64,000 bases of DNA from an uncultured Mycoplasmatota bacterium (GCA_900546275.1 URCH01000003.1:37991-101990); one strand, 5' to 3'. Counted from the first letter of the stretch, positions 21,275 through 32,082 are shown. The notes: a model not told the origin generated them from the sequence alone. Numbers and translations: made by a program.

Positions 21275-22970
21275 ATATTTTTGCCTCCAAATTTATTTTT
21301 TTTACGCAAGAAATTACATTATTTAATTCTTCTTGTTTTAGCATTGTATTAAATGTAACTATATAAATTAATAAATCTTCATTAATTTTTACACCTTCAG
21401 AGTTAAAAACTTGTAAATATCTTATAACTTTATTTCTCGATATAATTACACCATTAAAATTGTATATCAAATTGTTATCATTATCTAAAAACAAACTATC
21501 AAGTTGTTCAATAATTCCACTGCTGTAATTTAAACCAAATAAATTTGTGTTTTCATTTATTAATTTTAAATAATAATTTTCTTGTTCACTTTCATATTTA
21601 ACAGCATTATATAACCCATATGTATCTTCTTTTTTATTTCCAAAATTTGAAGTTGAAGTCGTAAATTCACCCATTAAAACTCTCTTTGTAATACCATTTT
21701 TAGCATTCATATATTTAAATGGATTTATTCCATTAGAAATAGCATATTTAACTCTATAAAAGTTAATATCAGAACAACTTAATCTAGATATATTATCAGA
21801 AATATACTCATAACATCCACATTCTATAGCATTATCAAGTCTTTCTAAAAGCAAATCATCTCTCGATCTAAAAACATGAAAACTAATCATATCAGATGTT
21901 TTATTTTCAAAAATATTTATACCATATTTTCTTAATATTAAATCTGCATGTGACGCAGAATGACTAAAGAAACTACTACATTTAAGAAAAACAGTAGAAG
22001 GATTTAAATTGTGTTGGTGTAAAAATTCAATATTCTTAAAAAATGTATTGTTTAACCCCACTCTATGATTCTTATTGATAACTTTTTTCTTCGCATTATT
22101 TTTTTTGACTCTTCCTTCAAAAAACGTATTTTTTATTCTTGGAATTAAAATAGTTGGATAAAGTTTTAAAAGTTCTAAAATATTGTTTTCTTCACATTCT
22201 TGTACGGTTTTTTCAATTATTTCAGAATTTGAATGAACTAAAATATTTATTAAGACTTCATATTTATTAAATAAAAATTCCAAATTATTTAATTTCATTG
22301 TTTCCAAGTTATTTTCTATTTTGTTATAATTTCCATTTGTTTTAAGATAATTAATTAATTCACCACTTATTTTATTATAATCTATATCATACTTACTGAA
22401 AATAGGAATTAATAATTCATCTTCTAATAAAACATTTTCTTGTAATGATTGAGTTTTTGTATATATTAATTCATTATAATTATTTACGTGTAAAAACAAA
22501 TTTATCTTTTTATTTAAAGATATATTTTCATTATTTAAAAGTTCATTTATAAAATCAAATTCATCTATTATTTCCTCTTGATCTTTTATTTTTTCAATTA
22601 ATAATTCAATATTAAATATTTCATTTTCAAGTTGCATTATTAAGTCTTTATCATTAGTTTCTTTTAATTTATTTATTTGATTTTTTAATAAATTAATGCA
22701 ATTAATTTGTTTGTCATCAAATCCAACATCAATTATAACTTTCTTTACACTATCATCTAATAAAAAGTAGTTGTTTAAAAATTCTAATGTTTCTTTGTCA
22801 AATTTAAATTCAAATGTTTGACAAAGTTTATTAAATAAATTGTAATCTAAAAAAAGAATATTTTCTAAATCACATTTTTTTAATAAATTATTTTTTTCAT
22901 TAATTTGTTTCATAATTTTGTTATCATTTTCTAAACGAAAGTTCAAATAATTTAATAATTCATTTCCCAT
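21255..22970 (-). CDS. Hypothetical 571-aa protein (cassette member 2)
   Basis: N-terminal half is coiled-coil/Asn-rich. C-terminal half has Cys/His-containing segments (CSSFFSHSASHAD, ECGCYEYISDNISRLSCSD). No known family recognised. Confidence 0.45.
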   Translation of the reverse strand: MGNELLNYLNFRLENDNKIMKQINEKNNLLKKCDLENILFLDYNLFNKLCQTFEFKFDKETLEFLNNYFLLDDSVKKVIIDVGFDDKQINCINLLKNQINKLKETNDKDLIMQLENEIFNIELLIEKIKDQEEIIDEFDFINELLNNENISLNKKINLFLHVNNYNELIYTKTQSLQENVLLEDELLIPIFSKYDIDYNKISGELINYLKTNGNYNKIENNLETMKLNNLEFLFNKYEVLINILVHSNSEIIEKTVQECEENNILELLKLYPTILIPRIKNTFFEGRVKKNNAKKKVINKNHRVGLNNTFFKNIEFLHQHNLNPSTVFLKCSSFFSHSASHADLILRKYGINIFENKTSDMISFHVFRSRDDLLLERLDNAIECGCYEYISDNISRLSCSDINFYRVKYAISNGINPFKYMNAKNGITKRVLMGEFTTSTSNFGNKKEDTYGLYNAVKYESEQENYYLKLINENTNLFGLNYSSGIIEQLDSLFLDNDNNLIYNFNGVIISRNKVIRYLQVFNSEGVKINEDLLIYIVTFNTMLKQEELNNVISCVKKINLEAKIYDKRFI

Positions 22971-22972
22971 AA

Positions 22973-24418
22973 TTATATCTTCCTTTCATTTGTATTTGAC
23001 AAGCAACTACTTTCTAAATTTTTTAACATTTCATTTTGATTTTCAACAAATAATTCTACTTTTTCTTCATATTTTTTCTTTTCATCAGTAGTTAATTGTT
23101 CATATTTTTGAGGTTGAATCTGTAAAAAATTCAATATCTCATCAATATAATCTGAATTGTCATAACATGTTTTTAAAGCTTTTTCAAAATTAAGCTTTTT
23201 ATCTTGTGGAGTACTCTTACATACACCAAACACTATAATAGCATGGTTAATATTTTCATATTTTTTAACATACTTGCCAAAATTTACTCCAAATCTAGAT
23301 AAAATAATTCTATTACTTCCATTCTTTATTTCTTTAACCATATATTTTTGCAAAAACTCTTTACTATAATTATCAGTTTTTAACTTATGAGGTTCTAACG
23401 AATCATATTCCTTTGGTAACATAGTGATAACTGACTTCATTTTTCCAATTGTATTAATACAGCTTGCTGGCATTTCATTTTCTAAGGTAGAATGGCCATT
23501 TTCACCTAAAAATATTAATAAAGTTTTAGCTTCTTTGTCATAAAAATTATCTTTCTTACTTTCTTCTATACTTGTTAATCTATAGTATAAATCATTAGCT
23601 TTATCTACAACATCTAATAACTCTTGATAATATTCATCTAAAGGTTCACCTAACAAACAAGCAGTTTCTAACGAGTCATAACATATTTTTAATTTTTTTT
23701 GAATTTCTATAACCTCACTAAAATCAGAAGAAGAAATATTTTTGCTATATCTGTACCCTTGTGTAATATAATAATCAAAATTTTCTCTTAGTATTTTTGC
23801 TTCATTTAAACATTCTCTACACATATCAGGAATTTCGTTTTCTGCGAATTCTTCTTTTTCCTCTATAAAATCTTCTTTTATTTCAGTTTTAATTAAATTA
23901 TCTTCTTTTGACTTTATTACATTTTTTAAATAATTAGCATTATCTTTTGCAAGTTCCATTGTTAATTCATATTGCATATTCTCATCACAATTTAATGAAT
24001 TTATTATTAAATCTATTTCATTGTTTGAAATAAATCTTTTAGAATGTTCATTTAAGATAGTTATTGTTTTTTTCTTATTTAAAATAATACTATTTAATTT
24101 TTCATATTGCAATTCTAGTTGATGTTTCTGATCTTTAATTGTATCTATAATTTTGTTAATTTTTTCTTTTATCCTTTTTATTTGCCCGGAAAATACATTT
24201 GCATCTAATTTTGGAAGTGTTTTTATTAAATTTAATAACTCAATTTTATCGTTTTCATTTAGATAACTAAAATTTTCCAATTTTACTTCATCTAACTCAT
24301 CAGCTTGATACATTTTAATAAATTTATTCAATGAATTTATTTCATTAATTATCTGTCTTAGTTGTGCTAATATATCATCTATTTGAGCCTTAGAGTTTTC
24401 TATTAATTTTTCTATCAT
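22973..24418 (-). CDS. Hypothetical 481-aa protein with a long N-terminal coiled coil (cassette member 1)
   Basis: Its stop is 2 nt from the downstream start, and its start is 2 nt after the tgt stop. Contains a CRECLNEAK segment and a C-terminal alpha/beta-looking region. No known family recognised. Confidence 0.45.
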   Translation of the reverse strand: MIEKLIENSKAQIDDILAQLRQIINEINSLNKFIKMYQADELDEVKLENFSYLNENDKIELLNLIKTLPKLDANVFSGQIKRIKEKINKIIDTIKDQKHQLELQYEKLNSIILNKKKTITILNEHSKRFISNNEIDLIINSLNCDENMQYELTMELAKDNANYLKNVIKSKEDNLIKTEIKEDFIEEKEEFAENEIPDMCRECLNEAKILRENFDYYITQGYRYSKNISSSDFSEVIEIQKKLKICYDSLETACLLGEPLDEYYQELLDVVDKANDLYYRLTSIEESKKDNFYDKEAKTLLIFLGENGHSTLENEMPASCINTIGKMKSVITMLPKEYDSLEPHKLKTDNYSKEFLQKYMVKEIKNGSNRIILSRFGVNFGKYVKKYENINHAIIVFGVCKSTPQDKKLNFEKALKTCYDNSDYIDEILNFLQIQPQKYEQLTTDEKKKYEEKVELFVENQNEMLKNLESSCLSNTNERKI

Positions 24419-24419
24419 T

Positions 24420-25544
<1,125 letters not shown>

Positions 25545-25581
25545 TTATAATTATATAATAATATATATATAAAAACAAGAT

Positions 25582-25609
25582 TTGACAAATTTATTTTTTT
25601 TTGTATAAT
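25582..25609 (+). promoter_or_regulatory. Near-consensus sigma-A promoter for the 25638-27349 operon
   Basis: TTGACA (25582-25587), a 16-nt spacer, then TGTATAAT (25602-25609). Confidence 0.55.
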
Positions 25610-25637
25610 ATATTGCATATCTGAAAGGGGAACGTTT

Positions 25638-26168
25638 ATGAAAATAAATTTAAATGCAATTGTTACAAGAGAGCAATTGGAAAAAATGGGAATCGAAAAG
25701 TATATGGAGATTTCAAAAAAAGGAAAAATGGAAAGAAATTATATAATTGATCATATTCCAACTATAACTGAAAATATATTACCAAAAAAAGCTCATGAGA
25801 TTTCTTTTACTTCTGCAAGAAATAAAGAACTTTCTAATATGGAAAAGAACATATTAACTTCTTTAATTACATATTCTAACAGTGAAACTTTTTGTAATTA
25901 TTTAAGTCAAGAATTTAGTAAAGATGAATTAATTCAAATTTCAAAAATTTTAACTAAATATGTGAATATAACAAAAACTTGTAGAATATTTAATAAGGAT
26001 GTTAACTTAGATTTAAGTATATTTGATCCTATTATTTCTAGAGCTGATTTAATTCACGGATTTACAGTTCCAAGTATTTATTTAAATAGATTAAATGGAA
26101 TTTTGGTATATGAAAGTGAATTATTAGATAATGAACTATCTAAAAAGAAAGAATTAATAATTAGATAA
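25638..26168 (+). CDS. Hypothetical protein
   Basis: ORF with GGGGA ribosome-binding site. No domain recognised. Co-transcribed with the ThyA-like gene. Confidence 0.4.
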   Translation: MKINLNAIVTREQLEKMGIEKYMEISKKGKMERNYIIDHIPTITENILPKKAHEISFTSARNKELSNMEKNILTSLITYSNSETFCNYLSQEFSKDELIQISKILTKYVNITKTCRIFNKDVNLDLSIFDPIISRADLIHGFTVPSIYLNRLNGILVYESELLDNELSKKKELIIR

Positions 26169-26221
26169 GCCTTTAATGGCTTTTTCTTTTTGTTTATGAT
26201 ACAATTATTACAGGTGATAAT

Positions 26222-27349
26222 ATGATAGATATAGATGGAAAAAAATATGAAATAAATAGAAAAACTGCTATTGTAACTAACTGGGATAAAATTTATTGTA
26301 ACATATTAAAAAGAATATTAAAAAAAGGAGAATTGTGCAAAAACAGAACAGGAATTGATACTTTATCTATTGAAGGAGTATATTTTAAATTAGATGTTGG
26401 TAAATCTTTTCCTATTCTTGAAACAAAAAAAGTAGCACTTGCTAATACAATTACAGAACTACTTTGGATATATCAAGCACAAACTAATGATGTAAAATGG
26501 CTTCATGATAGACAAAATCATATATGGGATGACTGGATGATAGATGATGATGGTATATATCGTATATATGAACCATATATTAATGAAAATAAAAAAAATA
26601 TTGTAAAAGTAAAAGACATATATGGAAATGATACTAATCTAACTGCTAGTAGTTTAAAGGAAAATAGAACCATAAAAGAAGCTATTTACTATGGACCTGA
26701 ATATGCTCATACCATTGGTACTGCTTATGGATATGTCGTTAAAGAAACAAAAGAATTTGATAATGTATTATATTCATTAAAAAATAATCCTACAAGTAGA
26801 AGAAATGTTGTATCATTAAGACAAGCTAATTTACTTAAAACTGGTGTATTAGAACCTTGTGTATGGGCAAGTACATATAAAGTTTCTAATGGAAAATTAA
26901 ATATTAATGTAGATGTAAGAAGTAATGATATGCCGATTGGCAATCCATTCAATGTAACACAATATGCAATTTTACTTAGTTTACTTGCAAAAGTATCTAA
27001 TTTAGAAGTTGGTAATTTAAACTGGACGATATCTGATTGTCATATATATGTTAATCAATTAGAACAAATTAAACTACAATTAAGTAGATTTGATAAATTA
27101 TTAAAATGGGAAAGTTTTATAAAAAATAATGATGATAAAGAAATAATTAAAGAATATAAAAAAATATTAGAAGGTTCTGATATTGAAGAATTAATGACAT
27201 TAAAGCACCTTATTACAAGAGAAAATCCAGAACTTTATTTAAGCAACAAAGATAATTTTTATGAATTTGATAATAAAAAAGAAAATGAAGATATAAAAGT
27301 TTTAAAATATAAGTCATTACCATATATAAAAATGCCAGTAGCCCAATAA
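26222..27349 (+). CDS. Thymidylate synthase (ThyA) family protein with insertions and an ~80-aa C-terminal extension
   Basis: Conserved ThyA residues are present: KNRTG (Arg21), ELLWIY...IWDDW folate-binding segment, SRRNVVSL (Arg126'/127'), EPC (catalytic Cys), RSND (Arg166), NPFNV (Asn177, uracil-specific) and SDCHIY (His207/Tyr209). The His after the catalytic Cys is replaced by Val. Length is 375 aa versus the usual 264-320. Confidence 0.7.
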   Translation: MIDIDGKKYEINRKTAIVTNWDKIYCNILKRILKKGELCKNRTGIDTLSIEGVYFKLDVGKSFPILETKKVALANTITELLWIYQAQTNDVKWLHDRQNHIWDDWMIDDDGIYRIYEPYINENKKNIVKVKDIYGNDTNLTASSLKENRTIKEAIYYGPEYAHTIGTAYGYVVKETKEFDNVLYSLKNNPTSRRNVVSLRQANLLKTGVLEPCVWASTYKVSNGKLNINVDVRSNDMPIGNPFNVTQYAILLSLLAKVSNLEVGNLNWTISDCHIYVNQLEQIKLQLSRFDKLLKWESFIKNNDDKEIIKEYKKILEGSDIEELMTLKHLITRENPELYLSNKDNFYEFDNKKENEDIKVLKYKSLPYIKMPVAQ

Positions 27350-27386
27350 AAAAAGCGCTGTTAAAGCGTTTTTATTTTGTTTTTAT
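27347..27386. terminator. Bidirectional terminator-like hairpin between convergent genes
   Basis: AAAAAGCGCtgttaaaGCGTTTTTATTTTGTTTTT. A short GC stem flanked by A and T runs. Confidence 0.4.
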
Positions 27387-27442
27387 ATTCACATCAATAA
27401 CCCAATGGTATCTTCTTTTATTTAAATTCTGTAACATATATA

Positions 27443-28324
27443 TTATAATCCAAGAAATTTATAAAATCCCTTTTTTATTTTTTTCTCTTTTTTATTATTA
27501 CTTGATTTTGCTTCTTCAAGTGAGCACATATAATCCAAATATTCTCTATCACACTTATCTAAATCTTTGTTTGTAGCTTCAGGATTATTTAAATAATCGA
27601 AATAGACACCTAACTTAATTTCATTGTTATCTTCATATCGATTACTTATAAGATCTGTTAAAACTTGTTTTTTTTCTTCTGCATCTACACAATTATGTAT
27701 ACTTGCTAAATTTATTAATATAATATTAATTTCAAGAGAAATTTCAAAATTAGAAAAATCATTTTGTGAATTTAATTTTTTTATTTCATAAAGACATTTA
27801 TACAAATTTGCTCCTTTTACATCTTTTGCAAATAAATATATATATTCAGCATCATTTGTTTCTATTATCGCATTTTCTAGTTTTTCTATGTTTGCTCCTT
27901 TTATATAACGAGCAAAATTATATATATTTTTAGCATTTTTTATTTCTATTATTGCATTTTCTAATTTTTCTTTATTTGTATTTATTGTTATACGAGCAAA
28001 ATTAAATAAAATAAATGCATTTTTCATATTTATTACTGCGTCTTCTAATTTTTGTATATTTACACCTTCTATATTATCTATTAATGCCCCAATACATACT
28101 TCATTATTAGTTTCTATTACTTTATTTTCTAAATTCTCTAAGTCTATATAATTTATAAACTCTTAGTCATCTTTAATCAAAGAAATAAAATTAACAACAT
28201 CATACATCAAATAATCACTACTAAAGGCATTTTTCATTAGAATTTCTGTTTGCCTTAAATTACTTTTTTCTTTAGCGTTTAAAAAAGCTTTTATTTTTTC
28301 ATTTAATTCTTTATTATTCAACAT
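27443..28324 (-). pseudogene. 33-aa helical-repeat protein interrupted by a single in-frame TAA
   Basis: Reverse translation from ATG at 28324 reads MLNNKELNEKIKAFLNAKEK...SLIKDD*EFINYIDLENLENKVIETNNEVCIGALIDNIEGVNIQKLEDAVINMKNAFILFNFARITIN.... It joins in-frame with the listed 194-aa ORF. The repeat unit (F/Y)A(R/K)xIKGANIEKLENAIIE is visible on both sides of the stop. Confidence 0.5.
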
Positions 28325-28406
28325 AATTTATTCTCCTTTTTTTCCAATTATTCTAATATATTATATAAATATTTTCAATAAAACTAATAACAAAAAAACT
28401 AGTTAA

Positions 28407-29747
28407 TTAACTAGCATCCTTTATAATCAAAGCATCCTTTATTTTTTCTAGATGCATTCCTCTAGAACCTTTAAGTAATATACAACAATCTGTAATATTT
28501 AAATCACTTAAAAATGTAATAACTTCTTCACTTGTATTAAAGCTTGAACAATTAACATATTTATTTATTAATTTCATATTTGTGCCTACTGTAATAACAG
28601 AAATATTATTTTTAATCTTATACTTTTTTAAAAATCGTCCTATTTTTAAATGGATTTTTTTTGAATAACTACCAAGTTCTAGAATATCACCTAATATAAT
28701 TATTTTTTTATCTTTAAAATTTTTAATCATATTTAAAGAACTTATTAATGATTCATAACTAGAATTATAACAATCATCAACCAAAATTATATTATCTTTT
28801 AATAATAAAATATTATTTCTTCCTGAAATTTGTTCAAACGTACTAATACGTTCTATTATATCTTCTATACTCATTCCATAAATTAAGCTTGTTTTAATAA
28901 CAAGTAATATATTGTTAATTAATGAACTGTTTGGAATATTAAATTTTATATTATAATTCTTATTTTTATAAATTATTGAAAAGAATAAATGTTCATATGT
29001 AGTAATTACATTATATACTTTAAACTCATTTATATTATATACAATATTATTTTTATTTTTTTTAATTTTCTTTAAATATTTATCTTTATTATTTAATAAC
29101 AATATACCATCATTAAGACCATCTGTTATTTCAAGTTTGGCTTTTAAAATATTTTTTTGACTTTTCAAATATCCAATATGTGAAGTTCCTATATTAGTTA
29201 TAATACATGTGTTTGGTAAAACCATTTTTGATAAATTACTTATTTCATTTAAATGATTCATACCCATTTCTAAAATTATTAAATTATAAATTTCATTTAA
29301 ATTAAAAATCGTCATAGGAACACCTATATTATTGTTATAATTTTTTTTAGTATATAATATTTTATATTTTTCATTTAATACATGATATAGTAATTCTTTA
29401 GTAGTAGTTTTTCCCACACTACCTGTGATTGCTATTAAAGGAATATTTATATATTTAAGTCGTATATAATTTGAAAGAGTTCCCATAAATGATATAGTAT
29501 CATCTACTTTTATTACTAAAACATCTGATGTGACAATAACATCTTTACTTACAATAATACAGCTACATTTATTTTCTATTTCCTTTATATAATTATGTCC
29601 ATCATCGTTTTTGCCTTTTATACATATAAATATATCATTTATTTCAACTTTTCTAGAATCTATTTGAATATTACCTATCTTTTGATCTAATATATTTCCA
29701 TTTATAATTTCACCATTACTTATTTTTAATATATCATGTAAATTCAC
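28407..29747 (-). CDS. murF: UDP-N-acetylmuramoyl-tripeptide--D-alanyl-D-alanine ligase
   Basis: MurF N-terminal domain (IDSRKVEINDIFICIKGKNDDGH) and Mur ligase P-loop GSVGKTTTKE. Confidence 0.8.
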   Translation of the reverse strand: MNLHDILKISNGEIINGNILDQKIGNIQIDSRKVEINDIFICIKGKNDDGHNYIKEIENKCSCIIVSKDVIVTSDVLVIKVDDTISFMGTLSNYIRLKYINIPLIAITGSVGKTTTKELLYHVLNEKYKILYTKKNYNNNIGVPMTIFNLNEIYNLIILEMGMNHLNEISNLSKMVLPNTCIITNIGTSHIGYLKSQKNILKAKLEITDGLNDGILLLNNKDKYLKKIKKNKNNIVYNINEFKVYNVITTYEHLFFSIIYKNKNYNIKFNIPNSSLINNILLVIKTSLIYGMSIEDIIERISTFEQISGRNNILLLKDNIILVDDCYNSSYESLISSLNMIKNFKDKKIIILGDILELGSYSKKIHLKIGRFLKKYKIKNNISVITVGTNMKLINKYVNCSSFNTSEEVITFLSDLNITDCCILLKGSRGMHLEKIKDALIIKDAS

Positions 29748-29749
29748 AC

Positions 29750-30340
29750 CTATTCCCCCTTACATGACTCTATAAAACTATCAAGTAATTGTTTTGATAC
29801 TATATCATATGAAATCATTGATTCGGGGTGCCACTGTACTCCTATAATATATTTTTTGTTTGGCACTTCAATTGCTTCAATAACATTATCTTGTGAATAT
29901 GCAGATATTTTTAAATCAGTATTTGATAACTTATATTTATGCCTACTATTAACCTTAATTTTAGAACGATTTAATATTTTAAAAATTTTTGATGATGAGT
30001 CTATGTTTACAAAATGATAATCACTTTTTGAATAATGATTATCAACTAGTTCCAAATTTCCATTAAAATATTTACCTAAACTTTGCATACCCATACATAT
30101 TCCAAGAAGAGATAAATCAAATTCATAAGCATACTTTATTACTAAAAAATCAATTGTTTCATAATCACCACCTGGTAATATAAAACCATCACAAAGTTTT
30201 AACAAAGAAATATCATAATTTATTAATGGAATAATTCTTACATTTTCAAGTATTAAATAATCACAAAGTTTTTTATTAAAAACATATACATCATTATTTT
30301 CAGTCTTATCTATTCTACATACAACTCCTATAGTTATCAT
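29750..30340 (-). CDS. Class I glutamine amidotransferase (gamma-glutamyl hydrolase/PuuD-like)
   Basis: GICMGMQ nucleophile elbow and GVQWHPE motif. Confidence 0.7.
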   Translation of the reverse strand: MITIGVVCRIDKTENNDVYVFNKKLCDYLILENVRIIPLINYDISLLKLCDGFILPGGDYETIDFLVIKYAYEFDLSLLGICMGMQSLGKYFNGNLELVDNHYSKSDYHFVNIDSSSKIFKILNRSKIKVNSRHKYKLSNTDLKISAYSQDNVIEAIEVPNKKYIIGVQWHPESMISYDIVSKQLLDSFIESCKGE

Positions 30341-30409
30341 AAAAAATCACCTATTTTATTGTATGCGACAAATAAAAATAGAATAAAAAAATATCAATTA
30401 AATGATATT

Positions 30410-30628
30410 TTAGTCCATATATTTACTCATTGATTTCATCATTTGATTAACTTGTTTTTGACTAGGTGTTCTACCCATTTGAGTCATCATAGCTTTAATC
30501 ATTTGTTCATTAATAGGTGGATTTTTCTTTAAATATTTTTTCATATAATTACGAGCTATAAAAAATCCTATAACTCCACCTGCTATTAATCCTACTAATA
30601 TTTTTAATATATCTAAAAATAATTCCAT
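30410..30628 (-). CDS. yneF: UPF0154 family small membrane protein (YneF-like)
   Basis: 72 aa. N-terminal TM helix [16 protein letters not shown] followed by a basic helix. Conserved neighbourhood with sirA and lexA. Confidence 0.7.
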   Translation of the reverse strand: MELFLDILKILVGLIAGGVIGFFIARNYMKKYLKKNPPINEQMIKAMMTQMGRTPSQKQVNQMMKSMSKYMD

Positions 30629-30679
30629 TTTATTGCCTCCTAACTTACATTTTACTAAAATTAAGCAAATATTACAAGT

Positions 30680-31099
30680 CTATATTAATGTATATTTGTT
30701 TTTTATTACAATATGCTCATCTAACCAAAAATAGTCTTCATTTTTAAAATCAACTACAAAAATACACATATTACTTGAATATATACTTCCCATGGATTTT
30801 GGATAATTCATATTTGTATTATATAAAATACAAGAATTTTTAATTGTTACTAATGATTCTTCTTTTGTTTCATTTATTAAAAATTTATCATTATTTATTT
30901 TTATATATTCAAAAAAACAGTTTTCTACTTGTTTTTTTGGTATTCTATCACATATTTGATTGAAAAGAGAAACACCATATGATAAATTTTCTTTTTTTAA
31001 TTTATATAAATTTTCTAAAGTTTTATATAATACATAAGAATTGTTTTTATATACTAGGTAAAATTCTTTTCTTATGTTAAAAAGATAGTATTTTCTCAA
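30680..31099 (-). CDS. sirA: Sporulation inhibitor of replication SirA-like (YneE/DUF2522)
   Basis: N-terminus MRKYYLFNIRKEF resembles SirA MERHYYTYLIKEEF. Size 139 aa. It sits between yneF and lexA as in Bacillus. Confidence 0.5.
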   Translation of the reverse strand: MRKYYLFNIRKEFYLVYKNNSYVLYKTLENLYKLKKENLSYGVSLFNQICDRIPKKQVENCFFEYIKINNDKFLINETKEESLVTIKNSCILYNTNMNYPKSMGSIYSSNMCIFVVDFKNEDYFWLDEHIVIKNKYTLI

Positions 31100-31172
31100 A
31101 AAGTATCACCTTTATTTATTTTATAATTTATTATTAGCTTTTTTTGTCAAAAAATGTTTAAAATAAAAATAG

Positions 31173-31316
31173 TTATATAGTATTAAGAGCTACATAACTA
31201 TTTTCAATCTTATAACTTTCTTCCATTCTAACAGTTCCAATAGCATTAACATATGTAACTCCTAAGAATACCAATATAAATAATATTATTCCTTTACTTT
31301 TAATCATTTCTCTCAT
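31173..31316 (-). CDS. Unannotated 47-aa single-pass membrane protein divergent from lexA (candidate SOS-induced division inhibitor, YneA/SosA analogue)
   Basis: Reverse translation gives MREMIKSKGIILFILVFLGVTYVNAIGTVRMEESYKIENSYVALNTI*. A GAAGGAGAG ribosome-binding site lies 8 nt upstream. It was not in the ORF track, presumably because it is below the size cutoff. Confidence 0.4.
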   Translation of the reverse strand: MREMIKSKGIILFILVFLGVTYVNAIGTVRMEESYKIENSYVALNTI

Positions 31317-31350
31317 ACTATCTCTCCTTCACTAAAATAAGTTTATCACA

Positions 31351-31391
31351 AACAATTGTTCGTGTCAATTGTAATTACAAACATTTGTTTG
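31351..31391. promoter_or_regulatory. Two LexA (Cheo/SOS-box-like) palindromes in the lexA / small-ORF divergent promoter region
   Basis: AAACAATTGTTCG (31351-31363) and CAAACATTTGTTTG (31378-31391). Both fit the GAAC-N4-GTTC dyad with one or two mismatches. The second overlaps a TTGACT -35 (31390-31395). A -10 TAAACT is at 31413-31418. lexA uses a GTG start with an AAGGAGG ribosome-binding site. Confidence 0.55.
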
Positions 31392-31442
31392 ACTTTTTGT
31401 AAAAATAATGTTAAACTGTAAATGTAATAAAGGAGGTTACTT

Positions 31443-32060
31443 GTGAAAGAATTAACAAAACGACAAAATGAAATTCTTACATACATAAAAAAATATATGG
31501 TATCACATGGATACCCACCCACTATTAGAGAAATTGGAGCTGATCTTGGCGTATCATCACCTGCTACTATACATGCACATTTAGCTAATCTAGAAAGTAA
31601 AGGTTTTATTAAAAAAGAAGATACAAAAAATAGAGCTATTGAATTACTTGTAGAAAATGAATATGCTATAAAAGATGAGGAAGTAGTTTCTGTACCTTTA
31701 CTTGGTAAAATAACAGCAGGTAGTCCTATCGAAGCAATTGAAAGACCTGATGAATATTTTTCATTACCAGCTTACTTAATTCCAAATAACAAAGAAGTTT
31801 TTACTCTTCTTGTAAGTGGTACAAGTATGATTAATGCAGGAATATTAGATGGAGATATAGTTATAGTAGAAAGAAGAAACAGTGCGAGAAATGGTGAAAT
31901 AGTAGTCGCTATGACTGATGAAAATGAAGTTACTTTAAAAACATTCTATAAAGAATCAGGATATTTTAGATTACAACCTGAAAATGATACTATGGATCCA
32001 ATAATATTAAATAATGTTACAATATTGGGTAAAGCAATCGGATTATATAGAAAATTATAA
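31443..32060 (+). CDS. lexA: SOS repressor LexA
   Basis: N-terminal winged HTH (GYPPTIREIGADLGVSSPATIHAHL) and C-terminal S24 peptidase with Ser (GTSM) and Lys (TLKTF region). Confidence 0.95.
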   Translation: MKELTKRQNEILTYIKKYMVSHGYPPTIREIGADLGVSSPATIHAHLANLESKGFIKKEDTKNRAIELLVENEYAIKDEEVVSVPLLGKITAGSPIEAIERPDEYFSLPAYLIPNNKEVFTLLVSGTSMINAGILDGDIVIVERRNSARNGEIVVAMTDENEVTLKTFYKESGYFRLQPENDTMDPIILNNVTILGKAIGLYRKL

Positions 32061-32082
32061 AAAAAGGCAAATAAGTTATAAC

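Noticed and set aside
29750-30340. The GATase next to the Mur ligase could be GatD of a MurT/GatD lipid II amidation pair.
   Set aside because: The neighbouring ligase has a bona fide MurF N-terminal domain rather than the MurT architecture. The amidotransferase is a class I (C26, GxCxGxQ...HPE) type rather than the CobQ-type GatD.
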